This document shows positions 42,501 to 51,860 of a stretch of 64,000 bases of DNA, in pieces (position 1 is the first letter of the stretch; each line of letters begins with the position of its first letter). The position numbers and the translations under genes are program-made. The stretch lies in the NCBI RefSeq assembly GCF_006345805.1, contig NC_043006.1:25792001-25856000 (forward strand). Direction: 5' to 3'. This DNA is from Octopus sinensis (Eukaryota). The notes beneath the pieces were generated by a model. It did no database searches. It was not told the origin of the DNA and was given only the letters and a program-made list of their open reading frames with translations.

Positions 42501-44086
42501 TAGATTATGAGGTATACTGCAAGGAAAACTTACTTTTTCAGAAAGGTGATGCCCATTTTCCAAGAAAATAAATACAGAAACAGAAACTATGAAATTGAAA
42601 TGTCCGCCCTAAATGTCAATTGGAATTCTAATACTTGCCGTATCCAAATGGTTATCTATCATCTCAGTTAAAACATTTGGCTTAACACTACTAAGTTTAT
42701 ATAAGATTACTTTGAAGAGTAAGTAGAGGTGAAGCTGAGCCAATTGTCTTAATGAATTTAATGATATTTAATTAATTATAATATAGGTGCAGAACAATTA
42801 TTATTTCTTCAAATAACAATATTTTCATATTTTAAAAGTCAATGCACTCAGTCATTGAAATATACAAACAAAAACGAAAGTATTCAATATATAAAATAAA
42901 GATTGTTCATTCACTCAAATCTAAAATTTTACTACTTTGAACATCGTTTTGGTACACCATAATCTGAAGATCAACAAATTAGGACTAAATTATCTAAAAG
43001 TTACTTTGTAGTTCACTTCAAATGTTCAATTGTAATTCATAATGATCTAGGATGCATTATCGAAAGATCAAAAATCCTATCATACATCTCAGAATAAGCT
43101 CTGTAACAACTAATTCTACAAATCCCATATAAAGTCATGAGATCTTTGTAAACAGCCTTTCACTTTGTTATCTAAACAGTTAGTTTAACAGTTTTTTCTT
43201 GTTTACCATTTGTATGTTTTGTATATCAAATTATTCATTTGAAATTACAGCTTCATTTGGTTACTACTTGCCATTTCCTATAATTGACTGTATCCTAGCA
43301 ATTATATCTGATGGCCAACTTTTCATCAAACTAGGTGAAAAACTGTATAGGTTGTTTTGTGCCAGTCTGGGTTTCTATTTATAGGGGTCTTGGATAACTG
43401 AGAACCTGATTACTTGTTTCAGCATCTCTTACATAATCCAGTGTAATATATTTGACATTAGTTCAATAGGTGAATAAATACTGTTGAATTAGATGATACC
43501 ATTAACTCAGTTGATAGCATCAACGCAGTACATATTTTCTGTACTTAATTGCAAAAACAACTTTGAGGATTACAATGGAAAAAAAATGAAAACTTGACAG
43601 TCTTAAGTATTAGATCAAAACCACTCATACATTTGTGGTTTTTTTGTACCCTTAGGGAAAACAAAAGTAAGTTACAACTGAAATGTCTGCGGGTATAATA
43701 AGCAAGGTCTTATAGCATATGTGAATAAAAGGATATCATCTAAGCAAGGAATATATTTATATATATAGTTTCCCTAAGTGTGGTAGCCACATTGAAAGGA
43801 AAAAAAGCTGGACAGTTATAACACCAAATAATATTGCTCAAAATAAATTTTTAAAAATCCATGCCAACAACAGCTAAGCACCACAACAACAATTAGCGCC
43901 ACTCACAGACTTGAGCTCGCCAATTTCACATTGGAGGGCATCTCTTAAACTGTCTTGTTGAGATAATGCAGCCATTTTCTGCAATTCACGTTCTTCAATA
44001 GCTAACCGCATTTCTTCTCGATATTCAGCCAGTTGCCGATAAAAATCTTCTTCCTTCTGTCTCTGCCATAATTCCTGTTCTTTGAG
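2151..44086 (-). CDS. GOLGA4: Golgin subfamily A member 4 (golgin-245)-like gene, 3' part, 12 exons traced
   Basis: 12 GT-AG exons join in frame (phases 0,0,0,0,1,0,0,2,0,0,0,0) into 1458 E/K/Q/L-rich coiled-coil codons. The C-terminal EPTEFEYLKNILYQYMIGKETKTLAKVIATVVQFSDDQT matches the GRIP domain of GOLGA4 as I recall it (EPTEFEYLRKVLFEYMMGRETKTMAKVITTVLKF). Start and stop exons not found. Confidence 0.88.
2434..2829 (-). mobile_element. tRNA-derived SINE (major family in this window), full length
   Basis: A/B-box-like head, internal (TA/CA)n, tail ggtgctccagcatggccgcagtcaaatgactgaaac; TAACTA target duplication at 2428-2433 and 2830-2835. Confidence 0.85.
2848..3462. mobile_element. Foldback MITE-like element with ~176-bp inverted arms
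   Basis: 2848-3023 is the near-exact reverse complement of 3288-3462; related arm fragments near 20520-20650 and 59380-59440. Confidence 0.8.
4045..4190 (-). mobile_element. Short tRNA-like SINE with gcatggccgcagctctgagctgaaac tail and poly(A)
   Basis: Head with box-like motifs; same tail at about 45640-45680. Confidence 0.55.
4795..6084 (-). mobile_element. Mariner transposon copy 1, full length, frameshifted transposase
   Basis: TIRs cgaggggcgttcaataagtaatg, TA duplication at 4793-4794 and 6085-6086; TQDETWV and LLQDNAP catalytic motifs. Confidence 0.95.
6340..6387 (-). CDS. GOLGA4: GOLGA4-like GRIP core exon (YLKNILYQYMIGKETK), 48 nt
   Basis: Acceptor ttttatttcag|TAT, donor AAG|gtgaat, phase 0-0; GRIP helix-1 motif. 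Confidence 0.92.
6724..6862. repeat. Near-perfect palindrome, ~60-bp arms, probable miniature MITE
   Basis: gtaaagaattctaaaatatctgaaaagctcattgcag...ctgcaatgagcttttcagatattttagaattctttac. Confidence 0.8.
9293..10584 (+). mobile_element. Mariner transposon copy 2, full length, nonsense codon plus frameshift
   Basis: Same TIRs with TA flanks; 267-aa ORF 9538-10341; early TGA and a frameshift in the HPxYSPDLAPSD region. Confidence 0.95.
11427..11561 (-). CDS. GOLGA4: GOLGA4-like exon (IDKLEN...REPTEFE), 135 nt; start of GRIP
   Basis: Acceptor gtattgtag|ATT, donor GAG|gtaagc; ends with the EPTEFE motif. Confidence 0.9.
11668..12320 (-). mobile_element. Mariner remnant of a second subfamily (3' half)
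   Basis: ILLQNNARPHVA and HPPYSLDLAPTDYHVF motifs in ORF 11805-12089. Confidence 0.85.
12633..12701 (-). CDS. GOLGA4: GOLGA4-like exon (LQVKHLND...LLQK), 69 nt; not in ORF track
   Basis: Acceptor tctactttcag|CTT, donor AAG|gtgaat, phase 0-0. Confidence 0.8.
14729..14966 (-). mobile_element. Second SINE family inserted into an older SINE fragment
   Basis: AGCTACAAGG duplication at 14719-14728 and 14967-14976; tRNA-like head ggcggcgagctggcagaa; partial copy near 59451-59555. Confidence 0.8.
15829..15967 (-). CDS. GOLGA4: GOLGA4-like exon (LQIAELQT...TDLK), 139 nt; not in ORF track
   Basis: Acceptor caatccag|A, donor AAA|gtaagt, phase 2-0. Confidence 0.82.
16286..16515. mobile_element. Tc1/mariner-type MITE, ~230 bp
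   Basis: Imperfect TIRs gttggctaaagtcacc / ggtgacttttggccaac. Confidence 0.55.
16570..18010 (+). mobile_element. Degraded Penelope-like element RT, interrupted by a SINE
   Basis: LSKELKFTPTP, IKKADKGSAVVVMD, FYGLPKV, AMGTRAAP..NLTMGYLE and WKRFLD motifs in broken frames. Confidence 0.8.
16779..17140 (+). mobile_element. Major-family SINE, 5'-truncated
   Basis: Highly similar to the reverse complement of 2434-2829. Confidence 0.85.
19232..19469 (+). mobile_element. tRNA-headed SINE with the major-family tail and poly(A)
   Basis: A box tggcctagtgg, B box ggtttcgattcc, tail identical to the major family, A-run 19446-19469. Confidence 0.8.
19914..20038 (-). CDS. GOLGA4: GOLGA4-like exon (ELVVQNQC...EKEKH), 125 nt; not in ORF track
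   Basis: Acceptor tttttactag|GAA, donor AA|gtgcgt, phase 0-2, which supplies the phase the next exon needs. Confidence 0.8.
21269..21466 (-). CDS. GOLGA4: GOLGA4-like exon (KIQEEMEH...HERK), 198 nt
   Basis: Acceptor cctttcag|AAA, donor AAG|gtattc, phase 0-0. Confidence 0.87.
21482..21810 (-). mobile_element. Mariner remnant (3' end)
   Basis: LPDPPYLPVLAPAGFHLFPKMK, a degenerate HPPYSPDLAPCDFFLFP motif. Confidence 0.7.
22250..22380 (-). CDS. GOLGA4: GOLGA4-like exon (ERCQQEE...HTELQ), 131 nt; not in ORF track
   Basis: Acceptor attttgatag|AA, donor CAA|gtaagt, phase 1-0, open frame. Confidence 0.87.
23100..25910. mobile_element. Old Penelope-like element in inverted arrangement (minus-strand RT/GIY-YIG remnant plus plus-strand GIY-YIG remnant)
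   Basis: GTNYANMFVGYLE (about 24800-24850, minus) and FYKPDISNPYL (minus); degenerate GIY-YIG text at 25190-25590 (plus); heavily decayed, boundaries approximate. Confidence 0.5.
24376..24730 (-). mobile_element. Short-tailed RTE-like LINE 3' fragment
   Basis: YPDVISRDIGIQQRDLRNAMMDREVWR; (GAT)n tail. Confidence 0.8.
26418..26633. mobile_element. piggyBac-like MITE, 216 bp
   Basis: TTAA duplication at 26414-26417 and 26634-26637; TIRs ccctttcattac / gtaacgaaaggg. Confidence 0.8.
26712..26967 (-). CDS. GOLGA4: GOLGA4-like exon (IKSLKLEK...FNEAL), 256 nt
   Basis: Acceptor tttcctcag|ATA, donor G|gtaagt, phase 0-1; HNAKIKALVKDIHQQLAEKD resembles the GOLGA4 pre-GRIP coil. Confidence 0.88.
27740..28180 (+). 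mobile_element. Short-tailed RTE-like LINE 3' fragment
   Basis: FKATVEPILLYGSETW...RVQFAAHC...DREVWR; tail gatgatgat. Confidence 0.85.
28412..28970 (-). mobile_element. Major-family SINE interrupted at its internal microsatellite
   Basis: Tail half 28412-28630, head half 28825-28970, with (TA)n and a foreign ~85-bp insert between. Confidence 0.7.
29266..29442 (-). CDS. GOLGA4: GOLGA4-like exon (IDHLEK...MHETE), 177 nt
   Basis: Acceptor ttgcag|ATT, donor GAG|gtaata, phase 0-0. Confidence 0.87.
29680..30290. repeat. Compound (TA)n/(TG)n microsatellite region
   Basis: Direct inspection. Confidence 0.9.
30350..30640 (-). mobile_element. Major-family SINE, diverged and internally deleted
   Basis: Recognisable tail and head segments. 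Confidence 0.7.
31075..31490 (-). mobile_element. 3' UTR-only fragment of the PHD-type RTE LINE family
   Basis: Terminal segment homologous to 52921-53100, with ~63-bp degenerate repeats and an (ACA/ACG)n tail. Confidence 0.75.
31500..32570. mobile_element. Penelope-like foldback remnant
   Basis: 31500-31825 is an inverted copy of about 32250-32570; the spacer encodes MGAYNSADVYNLIRLYIL (minus), related to MGSYDGAGICDLIGLFLL in the PLE at 50496-50966. Confidence 0.7.
32714..36305 (+). mobile_element. Degraded Ty3/Gypsy LTR retrotransposon
   Basis: Direct repeat 32831-33000 vs 36137-36305; PBS-like tgatgacgagg at 33021; gag ORF 33230-33523; zinc knuckles CYGCGGLHYKKDC and CYSCQKLRHRSSHC; RT motifs KWVAPTV and APAIFQQIMD..YLDNI. 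Confidence 0.8.
36947..39775 (-). CDS. GOLGA4: GOLGA4-like giant coiled-coil exon (EKIEMQQR...DFAQWK), 2829 nt
   Basis: Lies within the 1005-aa ORF; acceptor cattttccag|GAA, donor AAG|gtttgt; 943 codons, phase 0-0. Confidence 0.9.
41265..41692 (-). mobile_element. Major-family SINE, full length
   Basis: Homologous to 2434-2829. Confidence 0.85.
43907..44086 (-). CDS. GOLGA4: GOLGA4-like exon (LKEQELWQ...GELKS), 180 nt
   Basis: Acceptor ttatatcag|CTC, donor TCT|gtgagt, phase 0-0, coiled-coil composition. Confidence 0.85.
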
Positions 44087-44479
44087 CTGATATAACAGGA
44101 AAAGATCCATATACATAATAAACTTAATGTACACTGAGAAACAAATAGGGCTTTGAACAGTCAAAAGTCCAAAACAGCTATTGTCATATATTAGTTTATT
44201 GGAAACAAATTAAAATACTATTGAATTTTTTTGTTCAATAAAACACATACACAGACATATACATACATACATATAACATTATATAATATGATATATTTTT
44301 TTATTTCTTTCTTTATGTATTACAGCCTTTGAGCTGTGGCCATGCGGAAGCACTGTCAGTATCATCACCTTTGCGAGAGCCAAGCTCATGTAATTAGCTT
44401 TTGATGAATGAGGGAGTTCAATATTGCTACTCTCATTTGAGTTTCTTGCTCTGATATAGGCTCATCTGGGATCGAGGTA

Positions 44480-45230
44480 GCATAAGGCCAAGGTGTTTCT
44501 TGAAAACATTTACCCTCCCATTATGTGGATCTCTCAGAATTTTTTACAAGATGTTAAACAACTGTGGACCCTTGAATCTCAAGCTATTGCATTACCTGGT
44601 CTTTGCTCGAGATTGGGTGGTTGGAACCACTGGCACAATTTAGTGACATCATGTTTAGGGGCTGGAATGACTTTCAATACCAAAGTTTAGTGCCATCTTC
44701 TCCAGGATCTTTCATAAACATATCACTGCTTATTTTTACCATGTTCACTCCAAGGAATAGAGATGTAAATTTCTCAGCCTCTTCCAGTAGCTCATCTGTT
44801 TCATTGATGCAATCTTTTAGGTTTAGCACTGTTGAATTACTTCAAGCTCTGCTATTAATTTGACATTGGGATGATCATAGGTGAGTGCAATAGTCCTGAC
44901 AGCTGAGAGCAAATGTCCTCCATACAACCAGTGTAGTTTCCTGGTCCCTTGTTCTGAAAGTTCTCAGAATCCGTCTGGCCATTTGCCTGCACATTGCCAC
45001 CATCTTGGTGATGTATATATGAAATAAAACATCCTTGCTCATATCAATCCCCAGGTCATGCACTGAATCTGACTTTAGGTTTGCTTTTTTTCCTTCTTGA
45101 TTGCAGGGAATTGGCATAAGCTGAGAGTAGATGCTTGGAATTTTTCTGCATTTAAATTCCACTTTGTTTTCTTCAGTCCATTCATATATGGCATCTAGAT
45201 CTTTCTGTAGAAGATTAGCATGAGTACACA
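44480..45230 (-). mobile_element. CR1/L2-like LINE RT C-terminal remnant
   Basis: LQKDLDAIYEWTEENKVEF and ILRTFRTRD motifs in ORF 44875-45276. Confidence 0.65.
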
Positions 45231-46340
45231 TAAAAAAGACATTCAAATTAGATGTACTAAAATGAACATCTCTCAATGTTTAATTCGTATATATAAAAGT
45301 AGTTTTAGAGATGGAACCACCTTCAACTCAATCAACACAGAAAGATTTTATACCCAACCACTCCATAAAATGTTAAATATTAAATCTTATACTAACTATA
45401 TCTATTCTGAATCCCTCAAAAGGGTTACAGAATGTAAAAGGTATGGGGCTAGCATTGTTGCTCAAAAATACTGGAATCACTACTATATGTTGTACATTCA
45501 GTGGCATCCTTTTATCACAAGAAATTTGTTTAGTTAATCAAAATTAAGTTATATTAAAAATTAATCAAGTTAAATTATCGTATACTCAATTTAAAAAAAA
45601 ACAATTTTAGGCAATAATTCAATTTTTTTTTTTTTTTTAAAGTTTCAGCTCAGAGCTGCGGCCATGCTGATGCACCGCTGTTTTGCGCTACACTGTTATT
45701 ACTAGGAGCCTCCTCTAATATGTGGCACTTGATGAAGAATGGAGTTTGATATAGCTACCCTCATTTGCACCTCTTGCCATGAGGTAGGCTTATCTGGGAC
45801 TCTCGACAGGAAGAGGTCCAGCTTTGATTTAAAAACCCCTGAAAATTTTTATAAATTTACAAGTAATCAATCAAAAATAATTTAGCAATAATCTGTCTAA
45901 TTTGTGTAACTATTCCATTAATATGTGTATCATAATGCAAATTATCTCTGCTTATAATTATTTCAGTTTTGTACATTTGCTGTTATATAGATTTGACGTC
46001 ATCATAAATCCAATTTTTTTTATTATCATGGTAATTTGCATGCAGTATGAAATACGTTTTTTTATATACTCTGGTATGAAGAGTATTATAATGAATTTAC
46101 TTATTTGAAGTTAAAGATCATATTTTATACATTTTCAAATTTTTATACTAAGAACTCAGTTTAATAATTATTGTGACATCGTAATTCACACATGGGTTTA
46201 TTTTCGTTTTCAGATGCCACAGAATGTACAACATATAGTGATTCCAATATTTTTAAGCAACAATGCTATTCCCATACTTTTTTAAGGTTTATTATGATAT
46301 TCTATAACCCTTTTGCATGTGTGCATTTTTCAATTCTAGT

Positions 46341-47985
46341 ATATATATGACTTTTGTTGAGTTGGAGAAAGCTTTTGACAGGATCCCCAGATCCCTTATC
46401 TGGTGGTGAATGAGGAAACTAGGGATAGATGAGTGGTTATTGAGAGCCATACAAGCCATGTATAAGGATGCTACCAGTAAGGTGAGGGTGGGAAATGAGT
46501 ACAGTGAAGAATTCAGGGTACAAGTAGGGGCTCACTAAGGATCAGTGTTCAGCTCTCTCTTGTTCATCATAGTCCTCCAAGTAATAACAGAGGAATTCAA
46601 GACAGGCTGCTCCCGAGAGCTCCTCTATGCTGATGACCTTGCTCTTATAGCTGAATCACTACCTGAACTAGAGAAGTTCCAGGTATGGAAGCAAGGTCTA
46701 GAATCAAAGGGCCTGAAAGTTAACCTAGCAAAAATCAAAGTCTTAGTAAGTAGGAAGGCAGACAAATCACAAATCCCTTCAGGCAGATGGCTCTGCTCAA
46801 TCTGTAGAAAAGGTGTAGGTAGAAACTCGATAGGATGCACCCAGTGTAAGCTTTGGACACATAAAAGGTGCAGCAACATCAGAGGAAGGTTAACAGGAAA
46901 ATTGACTTTTGTATGTAGAAGGTACACAGATACAATAAACGTTGAAAATGTACAGAAAATAGACTCTATCAACTGCCAGGGGAAGAGGTAAGCTAGAGGT
47001 AGTAGATAGCTTCCAAGTTAGTAGTGGAGGTGAATGCTCTGAGAGCATAGCTGTGAGAATAAGACTAGGATGGGCAAAGTTCAGAGAGCTCCTACTCCAG
47101 CTAGCAACAAAGGGTCTCTCTCTCAGAGTGAAAGGCAGATTATTTGATGCCTGTATACAAACAGATATGCTGCATGGCAGTGAAACATGGGCTATGACAG
47201 CTGAGAACATGTGTAGGGCTGAAAGAAATGAAGCCGGTATGCTTCGCTGGATGTGCAATGTCAGTGTGCATGTTCAACAGAGTGTAAGCATATTGAGAGA
47301 AAAGTTAGGCATAAAAGACATCAGATGTGGTGTGTAAGAGAGATGACTGTGCTAGTATGGTCATGTGATGCATATGGATAAGGGCAGCTGTGTAAAGAAG
47401 TGCTAGTCTCTAACTGTGGAGAGAATCTGTGGTAGAAGTAGACCCAGGAACACATGGGATGAGGTGCTGAAACATAATCTTTGAAATTTGAGCCTCACAA
47501 AAACAATGACTGGTGACTGAGACCTTTGGCGAAGTGCTGTGCTGGTAGTATATAAAGAACATCTTTTGAATGTTGGGCCTCATGGAGGCAAAGTTGTTGA
47601 GTTCCTTTTGAGCATGGGGCCTCACGGAGGCGAAGTGGCTGAGTTTCTTTCAAGTGATGAGCTTCATGGAGGCAATGACCAAGACCTTTGGCATTATGTC
47701 ATACTTGAAAAAAAGATCCATTAAGCCAAGCAAAATTGCAGTCATAGCAGATACTGGTGTCACGCAAATTGGCACCCATGCAGGTGGCATGTAAACACAA
47801 CCCAGGGTCACACAAATCGCATGTAAAAGCATCCATTACACTCTTAGAGTGGTTGGCATTAGGAAGGGCATCCAGCCATAGAAAACCATGCCAAATCAGA
47901 CTGGAATCTGGTGCAGCCTACCAGCCCAGTTAAACTGCCCAGCCCATGCCAGCATGGACAATGGACATGAAATGATGATGATGAT
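46341..47985 (+). mobile_element. RTE-clade LINE copy A, 5'-truncated, with stops and frameshifts
   Basis: ELLYADDL, PHD-like Cys/His cluster, MLHGSETW; (GAT)n tail; homologous to 56365-57603. Confidence 0.9.
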
Positions 47986-48002
47986 ATAATGTGTATATAT
48001 AT

Positions 48003-48058
<56 letters not shown>

Positions 48059-48595
48059 GTATGTGTATATATATATATACACACACAAATGCACATACAC
48101 ACACGCTCATGTATGCACATATACAAAGAAGGAAACCAGGAATTGAAAAGACCCAGGCAAATACCTCAGCACACCATGTGTTAAGCCTGGATGAAAGTCC
48201 AATGAGGGTACATACTGCAATAGGTATATACTGTAAACCTGAAGTTATTCACCCAATTGGTCGGTTGGTTTATTAATTAAGGAAGGTAACGGCAATGGGA
48301 CAAAGAACGAATTATATTATTACATAACTATATTTACTTACATATGTTTCAAAAAGCTTGATCAACTGTACCCACATTATACAAATGTATTTGTGAATAA
48401 CTGACAGATGAATTAATCAATCGAGTAATGGAACAGTAATCATGCAGTAACTTCTCTTGTCACTTAAAACTATTCTATTAGATTTTACAAAGACTGCTAC
48501 AAGCTTTGATTAATTAATTCATCAATTTTGTATACAAACCATCGTATAATGTGGGTACAGTTACTAATGTTTTTTGCAAAATGTGTAAGCATAAG

Positions 48596-48985
48596 TGCAG
48601 GTGTGACTGTGTGGTAAGAAGCTTGATTCACAATCATATGGTTCTGGGTTCAGTCCCACTGCGTAGAAACTTGGGCAAGTGTTGTCTACTATAGCTTCAG
48701 ACTGACCAAAGTCTTGTGAGCGAATTTGTAGGTGGAAACTGAAAGAAGCCTGTCATGTATATATATTTATGTGTGTGTCTTCGTATCTGTGTTTATCCCC
48801 ACTCCATCACTTGACAACTGATGTCGGTGTATTTGTGTCCCCACAACTTAGCGATTCAGCAGAAGTCCCCAGTAGAATGGGTACCAAGCTTACAAAGACA
48901 AAGTCCATGGAGTGATTTCTTTCACTAAAAATGGTGCTCCAGCATGGCCCCAGTCAAATGACTGACACAAGTAAAAGAATACAAG
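48596..48985 (+). mobile_element. Major-family SINE, full length
   Basis: Head, core and tail recognisable. Confidence 0.85.
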
Positions 48986-49269
48986 AAAAACAAGTTGTGT
49001 AAAATTATAATTCATCAGTTTTTGGTAATCATATCTATATAAACACACATATATAACACATACAAACACACACACACACAAATATATATACATATATACA
49101 CATATATATATACATACACACACATATATATACACACACACAAATATATATACATACACACACATATATATATATACACATACATACATATATATGTGTG
49201 TGTATATATATGTGTGTGTATATATATGTGTGTGTATGTATACATATATATATATATATATTGATAAAA

Positions 49270-51150
49270 CGGTAAGATAACAAAAGAAAGAAAGAGACCT
49301 CAATATTATGTAAATAGAGGAAATTTATCTATACAATATGTTACATTACTCGGTAGTCAAGATAAAACTCTGAGTTTCAGATGCCGAAGTGGAAATCCAC
49401 AACACCATCTCTTCGGTTATCTGGCTATTTGAAAACGTTATGAAAAAATACCGTTAAAAATGAAGGGAAATTACTCTGTTATAACTCTGCTTTGCCTGCG
49501 TACTTATACATCGCTCGCATTTTTCGTCATAAAAATTATATAAAAATACATAAAAAAATATATAAAAATATATAAAATCTTCTTGGGACATAACACAGAA
49601 AGCATGTTCTATCCGTTTTCTTTAGGGGACCAAAAACGTAACAGAAATTTAGTCACATGTGGGCATGATCCGAAAAGCTCTGTCCTTGTATTTAGACATG
49701 TGGTAGGGTCTAAGCTGCTTTTCCAGATAAGCCATCTCTCCATGTCGCATAAACCGCACCTTCCGCTGCCGTTAGTATAGGGCTTACATCTGGCCAAAAT
49801 CTTCCATTGTATGTTATAATCGACACCTTTATCTCTTAAAGACCAAATATGATTGGATAATTGTGTCGCTTTTCTTTTGTTCCAGTGCCTAAAGCTCAAA
49901 GTGTGGTTATTGAACCTGGCCTTGAAATTACCCTCTGTCAGGCCCACGTATTTCTTCGTCGAAACGGTGTCTTTAGTGGTTATAGAGTTTACGGTAGCTT
50001 CATATATGATGGTCTTGGACATGCAAGCTCCATTTAGCGGGCACAATTCTTTATTCCTGCATGAACAGCTGTTTTCTTCTTGTGTTTTTTGTATGTTATG
50101 ATTGATTATGTTTTTAAAATTGGTAGTTGAACTAAAACTAATTTTTAAATTGTGTCTATTGAAGAGTTTCCTATAAGCATGGTTAACTGGAAAATGTCTA
50201 TCTATCAGTGCTAGGAAATATTTACCTATATTGAAGGCCACCTCGGGTGAGTAAGGGGGCGTAAACCAGATGACCTTCCTATTTCTATTATTCCTTTTCC
50301 TTATTGTTGGGCTGGTGATAGGTGTATATTTTATTTTTTCGCTAAAACCACTATCTTTTAAAGCTTTATTATAAACTGGGGCAACGCTATTGAAGATGTC
50401 CTCATTAGATGAGAGGCTAGAAATCCTCTTACTAATATTTTTAACTAAATTTTTGAATACTATAGGGGGATGGCATGAACCTACATTAATATAACTTAGT
50501 CTATCATTGGGCTTCCTATAAGGCTTATAAATATATTATTAAGATCTAAGGAAACGTCTAAGAAATTGACAACCGTCAGGTTAGTGTCTATAGTTATACT
50601 AAGTCCGAAGTGTTTCATTAACTGGATAATATCCTTCCTAAAACGATCTTGTGCTGGTCCATTTGTATTAGCTGTTAAGGCGAGGGCATCATCTTTGTAG
50701 ATGGCGAAATGTACGTTAGGGAATGTCTTACCGAAGGTATCTAGGAGAAAGAGTCCAATTAGATCACAGATGCCTGCCCCATCATATGAACCCATGCTCA
50801 CATCGAAAGCGCCCTCCGTGTCGGTGTTTTTTACCCACTTTGCATTCTCACTGAAAAGTAATGTCTTTCTAGCATGGAAGATTATATCCTTATCATTGGT
50901 ACTAATTTCTATGAAGTCACTAGCGAAGATTAGGGCTTTATCTAGCAGTTCTTTAGGAATGGTCATTTTGCCAGTTTAGCCAATAAAAACACACGCACTA
51001 TATATTTGGTGTTACTTTGCTTCAGTGTTATTTATTTTTTACATTAATCTTAATCTTATTTCGGCCAGAGTTCTTTCGTCACACTCCTGTGACCGCATCA
51101 GTGGTCCTTTGCTTTCTTCTTACTTATTTGTGTCTCTCCTTACTAACCGT
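49270..51150 (-). mobile_element. Penelope-like element: RT fragment, C-terminal GIY-YIG endonuclease and 3' pLTR
   Basis: ORF 50496-50966 (MGSYDGAGICDLIG); ORF 49609-50241 (YVGLTEGNFKARFNNH, CSC..KELCPLNGAC); flanked by TA-rich microsatellites. Confidence 0.9.
49360..49422 (-). ncRNA. Type I hammerhead ribozyme motif in the PLE 3' pLTR
   Basis: AGAUAA-CCGAAGA-GAUG..CAUC-U-GAAA-CUCAGAG-UU-UUAUCU: 6-bp stem I, palindromic stem III, one extra U before GAAA. Confidence 0.7.
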
Positions 51151-51161
51151 CAGCCATTTTG

Positions 51162-51229
<68 letters not shown>

Positions 51230-51278
51230 GCACACACACATACATACATACATACATACATATAGATATACATCAGCG

Positions 51279-51640
51279 TGCAGGAGTGGCTGTGTGGTAA
51301 GAAGCTTGCTTCCCAACTACATGGTTCTGGGTTCAGTTCCACTGCATACCACCTTGGGCAAATGTTTTCTACTGTACCCTTGGGCTGACCAAAGCCTTGA
51401 GAATAGATTTGGTAGATGGAAACTGAAAGAAGCCTGTCGCATATGTGTGTGTGTCTGTATCCCCCCCACTATTGCTTGATAACCGAGGTTGGTGTGTTTA
51501 CATTCCTGCAACTTAGTGGTTCGGCAAAATAGACCAATTGAATAAGTATTAGGCTTACAAAGAGTAAGTCCTGGGGTCGATTTGTTCAACTAAAGGCAAT
51601 GGTCCAGCATGGCCACAGTCAAACAACTAAAACAAATAAA
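51279..51640 (+). mobile_element. Major-family SINE, full length
   Basis: Head gcaggagtggctgtgtggtaagaag, core and tail. Confidence 0.85.
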
Positions 51641-51665
51641 AAAAATACGACTGAAAAAGAATATA

Positions 51666-51717
51666 CAGTAATCCCTCGTTTTCAAACAACTCTGATCATG
51701 AAAAAAATCATGCTTTA

Positions 51718-51764
<47 letters not shown>

Positions 51765-51815
51765 AAGGCATGATTTATTCATGATCAGAGTTGTTTGAAA
51801 ATCGAGGTACAACTG
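51666..51815. mobile_element. pogo/Tigger-like MITE with (TA)n centre
   Basis: cagtaatccctcgttttcaaacaactctgatcatgaa / ttcatgatcagagttgtttgaaaatcgaggtacaactg inverted arms. Confidence 0.65.
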
Positions 51816-51860
51816 TGTGTGTGTATATATATATATATACAAGATAAGAAAATAGAGAAA

